The notes beneath the pieces were generated by a model that was given only the letters and a program-made list of their open reading frames with translations, searched no databases and was not told the origin of the DNA. 64,000 nt of DNA from Alphaproteobacteria bacterium. GTDB lineage: Bacteria; Pseudomonadota; Alphaproteobacteria; SMXQ01. Location of the stretch: contig JAURLI010000072.1 of assembly GCA_030831315.1 (NCBI GenBank), forward strand, positions 20 through 64,019, written 5' to 3'. Each line of letters begins with the position of its first letter. Positions within the stretch are counted from its first letter, which is position 1. Below, one piece after another: positions 35,456 through 43,393 of this stretch. Position numbers and translations under genes: made by a program.

Positions 35456-35484
35456 GCTCTCCGCCTGTTACCCGACCTTCCGGC

Positions 35485-36585
35485 TCACGCCGGGGCCATG
35501 ACCTCGAAACCGTTCTTCGCGCATTCCTCGACATAGGTATTCCAGATCCACGAACGCAGGTCGGGATCGAGGTCCTTGTAGTGAATCAGCTTGCCGCCTT
35601 CCGACACATGCTTGTGCGACTTGTCGAACAGATGGTTGATCGGCAGCTTGCGCGAGCGCAGCTTGATGGCGAGCTGCACGCTGACCGGGTCCGTGCCGAA
35701 ATGCCCATGCCACCACATGTTGGGCGGCACGATCACGCCGATGTCGTCCTCGGGCCAATCGAAGCGCTCCATGGCGCCGTTCTCCTGCCACATCAGCGAA
35801 TAGCCCTTGCCCGACAGGTTGAACACGAAGGCCGAAGGCCCGTGCCGGTGCGGGTTGAAGAAACGAAGCCCCGGATGCTCGGCGATGTGCACGGAAATGA
35901 CGCTGTTCGCCATCTCGAAATAGGCGGTGTTGTTGCCAACGCCCTTTTCGCGGAAGGACGACCGCTGCACGCCGAGCACATCGGGCACGAAGGTCGTCTC
36001 ATAAAGGTTGACCGCGGTCTTGTTGTGATTGGGGTCCGGTTCGAACAGCACGGCTTCGGACGGGTCGATATCGGCTTCGATGCGGTTGAAGTCGTAATCG
36101 AGGCCGAAGACGAACTTGCGGTCGCGGTAGAGGTTGTAAACGATGGGTATGGTGTTGACGCTGACGAAGCGCGCCGGCTCGCTGCCCGACCCGTTGTGCA
36201 GCTGGTAGCGGCAATTCATGGGGATGGCGAACAGCGAACGCGGGCCCCATTCGAAAGACACCTTGCCCTTCGCGGTTTCGACCGTCGCATTGCCGTGACC
36301 CGCCATGATGTAGATGCATTCGTCGGCAAGCTGGCGCCACGGCGCGCTCGATTTGCCCGGTGCCAGTTCGCCCACGAACATACCGGCAAGGGATTCGGCG
36401 CCGATCAGGTCGACGAAGGCAGCACCGATGCCGCGCTCGGCCCAGGGCGCCACGGGAAAACTTTTCAGCGGGCCGAAGGCATAGCCGCGATGCAGCGCAA
36501 GGCCTAGGTCGTCCTCCACCCATTTTTCGTAGGCCGTGCGCCCATCCCAGGGAACGCCCGTATGCTTTTCGCGAACCGTGACCAT
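35485..36585 (-). CDS. Bicupin protein, divergent paralog 4
   Basis: ORF track 35485..36600 trimmed to the ATG at 36585 (GGGAGGA 3 nt upstream). Motifs FEWGPRSLFAIPMNCRYQLHNGSG, LYETTFVPDV, FFNPHRHGPSAFVFNLSGKGYSLMW and WWHGHFGT. Confidence 0.85.
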   Translation of the reverse strand: MVTVREKHTGVPWDGRTAYEKWVEDDLGLALHRGYAFGPLKSFPVAPWAERGIGAAFVDLIGAESLAGMFVGELAPGKSSAPWRQLADECIYIMAGHGNATVETAKGKVSFEWGPRSLFAIPMNCRYQLHNGSGSEPARFVSVNTIPIVYNLYRDRKFVFGLDYDFNRIEADIDPSEAVLFEPDPNHNKTAVNLYETTFVPDVLGVQRSSFREKGVGNNTAYFEMANSVISVHIAEHPGLRFFNPHRHGPSAFVFNLSGKGYSLMWQENGAMERFDWPEDDIGVIVPPNMWWHGHFGTDPVSVQLAIKLRSRKLPINHLFDKSHKHVSEGGKLIHYKDLDPDLRSWIWNTYVEECAKNGFEVMAPA

Positions 36586-36858
36586 TAATCCTCCCGACAC
36601 TTACTCGCGCTGCGGCGGAGAAAAAGGACGGGAACGGATGCGATGGAAAACCGCTGCGCTGCGCGCCTTGCGGTCCCGGACCTCCCTGTCTTTTTTTTCG
36701 CGTCGTTGCGCTCTTTTGTTTATTTTACACCGGCAGCCCCGTCGCGCCAGTGCCCATCTCGTCCGTTTCTCCTGGTTTTCAACGCTTCGCGGCCTTTTCC
36801 CGATTGACCGGAAAAATTCCGATTATCAGAATGACGTAAAAGCACCAATCGAGAGACA
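36586..36858. promoter_or_regulatory. Divergent promoter region (bicupin/UbiD operon versus IclR gene)
   Basis: 273-nt spacer with a T-run (cttttttttcg), ttttgtttattttaca and ggaaaaattccgattatcagaatgacgtaaaa patches. No specific site can be defined. Confidence 0.35.
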
Positions 36859-37719
36859 ATGCCAAAACCGCCAGCGAAAACTGCCCGCCACGCCGCCGCC
36901 ACGCCGAGATCGCCGAAGAACGCCAACCGTTCGGTCGGCATCGGCCTGGCCGTGCTTCAGGCCATCGCCGGACTCGGCCGCGCCGGCACGTTGTCTGAAA
37001 TCGCGCGGGCCGCGCGCATGCCGGCAAGCCGCACGCACCGCTTCCTTGCCGGCATGATCCAGGTCGGCGCGGTGCGCCAGGATCCTGTTTCGGGCCGCTA
37101 CGACCTTGGGCCGCTGATGGTCGATCTCGGCGTGGCGGCGCTCGGCCGCGTCGACGGGGTCAAGTCGGGCAGCGAGGCCCTCGCCCGCCTGACCGAACGC
37201 ACGGGCCTTGTGTCCGTGCTCGTCATCTGGTCCACCAACGGACCTACCGTAATCCGCTGGGAACAGGGCGAACTGGCAACCGCCATCCGCATCCGCGAAG
37301 GGCGCAACCTGTCGCTGTTGCGCACGGCATCGGGAAAGATTTTTCTCGCTCACCTCGGGTCCGAAAAAACCGGGGAGCTGGTCGATACCGAATTGGCGAG
37401 TGCCGCGCACAGGGCGAGCACTTCGCCGCTGCGCACGCTCGATGACGTCGAAAAGGAAAAACTGCGCGTGCGTTCCGAAGGCATTGCCGACAATCCAGGC
37501 GAGTCGGATCTCGGCATAGCCGCCCTCGCGGCTCCCGTATTCGGCGCCGCCGGCACGCTGGCGATGGTCATCGCGCTGATCGGGGTGCATGGCGTCGCCC
37601 AGCTCGACCGCCACGGGCCTTCTGCTACGGCACTCAGGGAAGCTGCCGACGAGGTGACGCTCAGCCTGGGAGGGCGCCCTGCCACGGCGCCACGGCTGCC
37701 CGTGCGCCCGGCAACCTGA
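36859..37719 (+). CDS. IclR-family transcriptional regulator
   Basis: 286 aa. SVGIGLAVLQAIAGLGRAGTLSEIARAARMPASRTHRFLAGMIQVGAVRQDPVSGRYDLGP plus an effector domain. Confidence 0.9.
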   Translation: MPKPPAKTARHAAATPRSPKNANRSVGIGLAVLQAIAGLGRAGTLSEIARAARMPASRTHRFLAGMIQVGAVRQDPVSGRYDLGPLMVDLGVAALGRVDGVKSGSEALARLTERTGLVSVLVIWSTNGPTVIRWEQGELATAIRIREGRNLSLLRTASGKIFLAHLGSEKTGELVDTELASAAHRASTSPLRTLDDVEKEKLRVRSEGIADNPGESDLGIAALAAPVFGAAGTLAMVIALIGVHGVAQLDRHGPSATALREAADEVTLSLGGRPATAPRLPVRPAT

Positions 37720-37720
37720 T

Positions 37721-39310
37721 CTAGTCGATCCGCTTGCGCACGTTGCGCAGCTTGGCGCCGGTCTCGAAATGGCGTCCCTCAACAGCGAGCTGCGCCTCTT
37801 CTTCCAGTTCCTTCGTCCACGCGCCGAGCTGGTAGCCGTACCAGGGCGAGCGCAGATCGAGGGCGGGCAGTTGCAGCTCGCGCCAGATGTCGAGCGCGCG
37901 TTCCATGTATTCCCTGCGCGGCAACGAGATCGGCGGGTAATCCCAAGGCATCGTCGCGTCGATCAGCAGGCCCGTGGATACCGGCGCCTCCGCCGTGGCG
38001 ATGCCGCGCGAGGTACCCGGCGGCGCCACCGAAGGATCGAGGGCCAGAAGCGGGGTCTCGATCGACTTGACGTCGACATGCGGGCGCACCCGCCATGCGA
38101 CCGCCCACAGGATATGCTCCAGCGAGGTGATGTCGATATCCTCGTCCACGGCGATCGCGAACTTGCCGATGTATTTCGACGCGAGATGCTCGAGCGCCTT
38201 CATACCCTCGTCGGCGCTGTGCTTCTTCAGCTTGACGACGACGAGGGAATTGGCGCCGCCGCATTCGAGATAGTCGAGATCGCTCACGGTCGTGAAACCG
38301 GCATCGATCAGAAACTTCTTGGCCGCCGCCGACCGGCCGAGGTGACGCATCATCGAGGATTCGGACGGCGGCAGTTGCGACAGGATGGCGAGGTAGATGG
38401 GCTTCCTGCGCATGGTGATGCAGGTCACGTCCATGAAGAAGCTGTAGTCGCGCTGGGCCATGTAGCCGGGGAACTCGCCGAAGGGGCCTTCCATCTCGAC
38501 CTCGCTGGTCGGCACGGTACCTTCGATGACGATTTCCGCCTCGGCCGGAACCAGCAGGTCCTGCGTGCGACATTTGACCAGATCGAGCGGCTTGCCCGCG
38601 ATGGAGCCGGCGACGTCGTATTCGCACATGTCGTTGGGAATGCGGGTAACGGCGGTATAGCTGACGTGCGGCGGCGCCCCCAGCACGATGGCGGCCGGCA
38701 TGCGCTCGACCCCCGCCGCGCGCCACAGGTCGATGTGGTTGCGCATGCCGACGCCGAGCATGGCGGGCAACGTGCCGATGCGGTCCGGCGCCTTGACCAT
38801 GCCGCGGTAGTTGCCGAGGTTGTGCAGGCCCGTTTCCGGGTCCTTGCTGACCCAGTGCGAGGCCGAGGTATAGGGGGCGTTGTCGAACCCGGGCGTCGAA
38901 ATCGGCACCGGCAGAAGGTCGAGGCCTCCGGTCTTGAGCCGCTCGCCCTCGATCACGACCTCCTGGCAGGAACCGGTCGCCACCACGTTCGATGGCGTCG
39001 GGTTCTTCATCGCCTGCGCCCACCGGTCCGGGATCTCGTCCACCGCGCAGCCCATGCCGAGTGCATAGATTTCGGAAGATCCCGCCATCGCGCCGACCAG
39101 CACGGGCATGTCGTACTTGCGCCCCCTCGCGTCGTGGACGTTTTCGAACAGGAAGGCCTTGCGCTTGGCTTCCGGCAGGCCGCGGAACTGCAGCCGCACG
39201 AGCGGATGCAGTTCGGTGTCCTTGTTGATCGGCACCGTGACGCGCACGAGCTTGTCGGCGGCTTCCAGCGCCGCGACATATTCGGCGAGATTGCGATAGG
39301 ACCGCGCCAT
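37721..39310 (-). CDS. UbiD-family decarboxylase, paralog C (long class, 529 aa)
   Basis: ORF track 37721..39640 trimmed to MARSYRNLAEYVAALEAADKLVRVTVPINKDTELHPLV... (AAGGGAAAGGA upstream). Motifs HNLGNYRGMV and MEGPFGEFPGYMAQ. C-terminal extension WDYPPISLPRREYMERALDIWRELQLP. Confidence 0.9.
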   Translation of the reverse strand: MARSYRNLAEYVAALEAADKLVRVTVPINKDTELHPLVRLQFRGLPEAKRKAFLFENVHDARGRKYDMPVLVGAMAGSSEIYALGMGCAVDEIPDRWAQAMKNPTPSNVVATGSCQEVVIEGERLKTGGLDLLPVPISTPGFDNAPYTSASHWVSKDPETGLHNLGNYRGMVKAPDRIGTLPAMLGVGMRNHIDLWRAAGVERMPAAIVLGAPPHVSYTAVTRIPNDMCEYDVAGSIAGKPLDLVKCRTQDLLVPAEAEIVIEGTVPTSEVEMEGPFGEFPGYMAQRDYSFFMDVTCITMRRKPIYLAILSQLPPSESSMMRHLGRSAAAKKFLIDAGFTTVSDLDYLECGGANSLVVVKLKKHSADEGMKALEHLASKYIGKFAIAVDEDIDITSLEHILWAVAWRVRPHVDVKSIETPLLALDPSVAPPGTSRGIATAEAPVSTGLLIDATMPWDYPPISLPRREYMERALDIWRELQLPALDLRSPWYGYQLGAWTKELEEEAQLAVEGRHFETGAKLRNVRKRID

Positions 39311-39330
39311 GCCGGTATCCTTTCCCTTGC

Positions 39331-40104
39331 TTATTTCTTGCTGACGCGCACGCCCGCCTTCGCTTTCTCGTAGCAGGCATCGAGCATCTGGCAATAGAGA
39401 TCGACCGGCGTCAAAGCGCAGTATTCGAACGGATAGCCCGGTCGCTCCGTCACCCCCTTCGTCAGGATGCGGCGCAGCACGTGCTTGGTGACGGAGGAAT
39501 GCGCCTCGCGTCCCAGGTGGTCCTGCGTGTCGGCCTCGTGATGTTTGTGGAAGTAATCGGCCTGCTTTGGCGTCAGCTTGTAGTGCTTGGTCAGCGCCTT
39601 GTACCAGCGCATGCAGGACCAGCCGAAAGCCCCTTCCCACAGGACGGATGCCCAGTATTCATGCATGGCGCCATCGTTGACCAGGGTGCGATGGAAGTCG
39701 GTCAGCGCACGCGCCTCGGGCATCATCGGGCGGGTGAGAATCTGGTCCGCCGTGAGACTCAGGGCCTTGCCCGAGGAAATCAGGATCTTGATGTGGCCCG
39801 GGGGCTCCGGATGGCCGAATTCGTCGAGCACCTTGTGGGTATAGGTCTCCATCAGGTCGACGTTGGAGACGAAGAAGGACAGATGCTTGTAGAACTGCAC
39901 CATATAGAGCGAGTTGATTACCGGCACGAAGGCGCCCCAGTTGGAATAGAACAGCTGGATCGTGCTCAGCGGCAGCTTGCCCTTTTCCAGATCCGTCATG
40001 AACCGGGTCTTCTCGACGGTCTTGTTCCAGCGGGCTTCGACCCGCTTCTGGAGGTCTTCCAGATACGGACCGACCTCCTTATTGGATATCTTCAGCGTTG
40101 TCAT
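39331..40104 (-). CDS. TenA/PqqC-like heme-oxygenase-fold protein (divergent third paralog)
   Basis: 257 aa, all-helical-looking sequence. Motifs VLDEFGHPEPPGHIKIL, VLWEGAFGW and FHKHHEADTQDHLG. Sandwiched between two UbiD genes with 20-nt and 52-nt spacers. Confidence 0.75.
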   Translation of the reverse strand: MTTLKISNKEVGPYLEDLQKRVEARWNKTVEKTRFMTDLEKGKLPLSTIQLFYSNWGAFVPVINSLYMVQFYKHLSFFVSNVDLMETYTHKVLDEFGHPEPPGHIKILISSGKALSLTADQILTRPMMPEARALTDFHRTLVNDGAMHEYWASVLWEGAFGWSCMRWYKALTKHYKLTPKQADYFHKHHEADTQDHLGREAHSSVTKHVLRRILTKGVTERPGYPFEYCALTPVDLYCQMLDACYEKAKAGVRVSKK

Positions 40105-40156
40105 GACGTTACCTGCCCTTTCTGCGCCAAGGCGCCATCGTTCGAATTTTTTTCAT

Positions 40157-41620
40157 TCAGTCGTCAAGAAACTTGAGCCGGTCGCGCCAGCGGGCGCGAA
40201 CTTCCTCGGCATACTCGCGGCTGACCGCATTGACCTTCGGGAACTGGTCCTTCCAGTGCCACGGACGCACGGCGTAGATGATGATGCGCGAATTGGTCGT
40301 GTCCCCCGCCGCCCGCTTTTCCGGCGGCAGCACGGGATCGAGATAGCCCGACCAGCAGCCGTCGATGATGTCGGTCTGTGTCTTCGGGTCCCAGCGCGTC
40401 GCCATCGCCCAGACGACCTCGGCCATGCTGGTGATGTCGATGTCGTCGTCGACCACGATGGTCATGCGGCCGAGGAATGCCGCAGGCGCCGCGCCGGTGG
40501 CGACGAGGCCCGCCATCTTGGCGTGGCCCGCGTGCATCTGGCGGATGGCAACGACGTTTATGAAACGGGTACCGCCCGCCGAAAGTTTCCAGACACCGGT
40601 GACACCGGGCACGCCCGCGCCTTCGAGGGCGTCCCAGATCGCCGCCGCGCCCGCGATATGGGTCTGGCGCCCGGGCAGCGTCGGACGCACCGGCGGCTGG
40701 CCGATCAGGATGGGATCGTTGCGGTGATAGACCGCTGTGACCCGCGTCGCCGGCTCGTCCCGCCGGCCCGACGCGTAATAGCCCGGCCATTCGCCGAAGG
40801 GACCTTCCGGGCGAGTTTCGACATCGGGCGATACCATCAGGCCTTCGACGGCGATTTCCGCATCGGCGGGAATCGGCAGCCCAGTTTTCGACCCCTTGAT
40901 GACCTCGATGGCACGGCCGATCTGGCCGCCCGCGATGGCAAGCTCGGAAATGCACTGCCCGTAGCCCACCCGCGCCACGCTGCCCAGTACCGGCGCCTGG
41001 CCGAAGCAGACGACAACGGGGCAGGCCTCGCCGCGCTCCCAGTACTTGCGGCGGATGACGTCGCCGTGCTTGCCCGGTTCGGTGAACACGGTCAGCGTGC
41101 GACGATCATGCACCTGGGTGCGGTAGGTGCCGACGTTGATCCAGTCGCTGTCGGGGTCCTTCATGATGACGACGCATTCGGTGCCGAGATAGACGCCGCC
41201 GTCGTCTTCGTGCCAGACGGGCTGGGGAAAGCGTGTCATGTCCACATGATCGCCTTCCATCACGTTTTCCATCACCGGGCCGCTTGCCACCTCGCGCGGG
41301 GGGATCGGCTCGGCCTTGCGCTTGTCCCTGCAGGCGCGATAGGCGCGCACGGCGTCGAGGTTCAGCTCGCCCACCATCAACGGCGAAGTACGCACGTTCA
41401 TGATCACCCGGCAGCCGGGCGCGCAACCCTTCATGTCCTTGAACAGCAGGACCGGCGGGTAGAGTTGTTCGAGGCTGAGCTCGTAAAGGGCGCCCATCTC
41501 GCGGTCCGGATCGGCGCCTGCGACGACCTGCACCTCGCCGCGGCTTTCGGAAATGCGCAGGAATTCGCGCAACGACGCGATCGCCGCGGTCTTTTTGTCG
41601 TTGACGCGCGCATCGCTCAC
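40157..41620 (-). CDS. UbiD-family decarboxylase, paralog D (short class; start uncertain)
   Basis: ORF track 40157..41734. Alignment with paralogs B and F suggests the GTG at 41620 (VSDARVNDKKTAAIASLREFL...), but no clear SD precedes it; the ATG at 41734 remains possible. Motifs WINVGTYRTQV and PEGPFGEWPGYYAS. Confidence 0.85.
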   Translation of the reverse strand: MSDARVNDKKTAAIASLREFLRISESRGEVQVVAGADPDREMGALYELSLEQLYPPVLLFKDMKGCAPGCRVIMNVRTSPLMVGELNLDAVRAYRACRDKRKAEPIPPREVASGPVMENVMEGDHVDMTRFPQPVWHEDDGGVYLGTECVVIMKDPDSDWINVGTYRTQVHDRRTLTVFTEPGKHGDVIRRKYWERGEACPVVVCFGQAPVLGSVARVGYGQCISELAIAGGQIGRAIEVIKGSKTGLPIPADAEIAVEGLMVSPDVETRPEGPFGEWPGYYASGRRDEPATRVTAVYHRNDPILIGQPPVRPTLPGRQTHIAGAAAIWDALEGAGVPGVTGVWKLSAGGTRFINVVAIRQMHAGHAKMAGLVATGAAPAAFLGRMTIVVDDDIDITSMAEVVWAMATRWDPKTQTDIIDGCWSGYLDPVLPPEKRAAGDTTNSRIIIYAVRPWHWKDQFPKVNAVSREYAEEVRARWRDRLKFLDD

Positions 41621-41734
41621 GACGGCTGCCGGACGCAAATCCAGCCTCTTGAACCCGGTAAAATCCCCGCCTGCACGCCGGCATCTCCCTGTGCGGTCAA
41701 AATGGCGGATTTCTGCTGTTTTTCTGGCCGCCAT

Positions 41735-41851
41735 CGGGACCCCGAGGGGCCCGATTCAGGGATAGACAAGGGTAGTCCTTCATGCAAGTCTAAAAATCGA
41801 AATGCGTTCTGTTTTTGTGAATATCAGAAAAATAACCGGGGATTCGCAGGG
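41735..41851. promoter_or_regulatory. Divergent promoter region (UbiD-D operon versus Rieske operon), AT-rich
   Basis: Contains gcaagtctaaaaatcgaaatgcgttctgtttttgtgaatatcagaaaaataacc, the most AT-rich stretch for several kb. Confidence 0.35.
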
Positions 41852-42163
41852 ATGAGCAGGGATTACGTCGTCGGCCGGATCGAGGACATTCCCGACAAGG
41901 GTTCGGTGGCGGTTCGCGCCGGCAGGCAGACGATCGCCGTGTTCCGGGACGGTGAAAGTTTCTACGCCATCCACGACAATTGCCCGCACAAGGGCGGACA
42001 CATGTGCCAGGGCGAATTCGAGCCGCAGAACGCCCTTGTCCGCTGCCCGATCCACCTTTGGGGCTGGAGCCTCAGGACCGGCGAACTCGAGACCGATACG
42101 CGCCAGATGATCCGCACCTACCCCGTGAAGGTGGTGGACGGTCAGGTCGTCCTCAGCGCATGA
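41852..42163 (+). CDS. Small Rieske [2Fe-2S] domain protein (NirD/ferredoxin-like, 103 aa)
   Basis: Hidden in the spurious 39962..42163 track ORF. MSRDYVVGRIEDIPDKGSVAV...HDNCPHKGGHMCQGEFEPQNALVRCPIHLWGW carries the CxH...CxxH cluster ligands. Confidence 0.8.
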   Translation: MSRDYVVGRIEDIPDKGSVAVRAGRQTIAVFRDGESFYAIHDNCPHKGGHMCQGEFEPQNALVRCPIHLWGWSLRTGELETDTRQMIRTYPVKVVDGQVVLSA

Positions 42164-42191
42164 TTTAGCGGATATCTGCAGGAGACCAGAG

Positions 42192-43349
42192 ATGACCAAG
42201 GTCAAGACCGAGGGCGCTCCCGAACGGGCGGAAATCGTCAAGCCCGAGCGTGTCGATCCGCGCGTCCATGATTATGAAATCATCGATACCGACATTCACC
42301 TGCTGCCCGACTGGGACCGGCTGCGCGACTACATGCCCGAACCCTATCGCACCAAGCTCAAGACCTTCCCGCTCGTGGGCTCGGACTACAACCCGTCCTA
42401 CGCGACCAACAAGCCGGGCACCGGGCAGGAAGTTTTCGGCCGCGCCAAGACCGGCGCCGATGTGCTGGATTCGATGAAGGATACGGGCGCCAATTCGGTC
42501 ATCATCGTGCCCGGATTCCTCAGGCCCCAGAGCATGTATCACAAGTCCTGGGTTTCCGTTCTGGCCTCGGCCTACAACGACTACGTGATCGAGAACGTCT
42601 TTCCGGCCAGCCCCGACATCAAGGCGGAGCTGATGATCAACCAGCGCATCCCCGAAGATGCGGCACGGGAAATCCGCCGGGTCGGCCATCACAAGCAGTT
42701 CGTCAGCGCCTATACCGAATTCGGCGGCAACTACGAGCAGATCGGCACCGTCGATCACGACCCGATCTTCGAGGCCGCGCTCGAACACCAGCTGATCGTC
42801 ACCCTTCACGCAGGCACGTTCTGGCAGGCCTACACGCCCTTGCACCAGGGCGCGCGCACGTGGACGGAACTGCTCGGCGTTTCGACCATGGCAATCTGCC
42901 TGGCGGACGTCGCCAGCATGATCATCCAGGGCGTTTTCGACAAGTACCCGGACCTGCGCTGCACAATCAAGGAAGGCGGCTTCTGGTGGATACCGGAGAT
43001 GTCGCTGCGGCTCGACGATTATTACCTGAACCACCCGCACGACATCAGCCTGTGCGAACGCAAGATCGAGGCAGGCGAAGCCTTCCTGCGCCACCTGCCG
43101 AGCGATTACATCTGGGAACACTTCCGCTTCTCGACCCAGCCGATGCTGTTTCCGAAAAATCCGAAACACGCTCAGTGGCTCTGGGAAATGTGCCGGGCAG
43201 AGGACATGCTGCTGTTCTCCACCGACTGGCCCCACGCCACCTTTGATCCGCCCAACTGGATGTTCGATACAGGCTTCATCACCGAAAAGGCGCGGCGCAG
43301 GATATTCAGCGAAAATGCCCGCGCCTGGTACCCGCGGCTGGCAAAATAG
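42192..43349 (+). CDS. Amidohydrolase_2 (ACMSD/LigW/LigJ-type) metal-dependent decarboxylase/hydratase family protein
   Basis: 385 aa. N-terminal IIDTDIHLLP (DxH variant of the metal motif), internal TLHAG, and C-terminal LLFSTDWPH aspartate motif. Confidence 0.85.
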   Translation: MTKVKTEGAPERAEIVKPERVDPRVHDYEIIDTDIHLLPDWDRLRDYMPEPYRTKLKTFPLVGSDYNPSYATNKPGTGQEVFGRAKTGADVLDSMKDTGANSVIIVPGFLRPQSMYHKSWVSVLASAYNDYVIENVFPASPDIKAELMINQRIPEDAAREIRRVGHHKQFVSAYTEFGGNYEQIGTVDHDPIFEAALEHQLIVTLHAGTFWQAYTPLHQGARTWTELLGVSTMAICLADVASMIIQGVFDKYPDLRCTIKEGGFWWIPEMSLRLDDYYLNHPHDISLCERKIEAGEAFLRHLPSDYIWEHFRFSTQPMLFPKNPKHAQWLWEMCRAEDMLLFSTDWPHATFDPPNWMFDTGFITEKARRRIFSENARAWYPRLAK

Positions 43350-43393
43350 GTTCGCGCGGCACAAGCGCGGCGATAGTAACAGGGAGATTACGA

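Noticed and set aside
33923-42163. Long ORFs 33923..35536 (+), 37769..39373 (+), 37779..39380 (-, alternate frame) and 39962..42163 (+, 733 aa).
   Set aside because: All but the last 312 nt of 39962..42163 are antisense or out of frame relative to UbiD and HO-fold genes. Only the terminal Rieske segment (41852..42163) has its own ATG and recognisable cluster ligands, so only that part is called.
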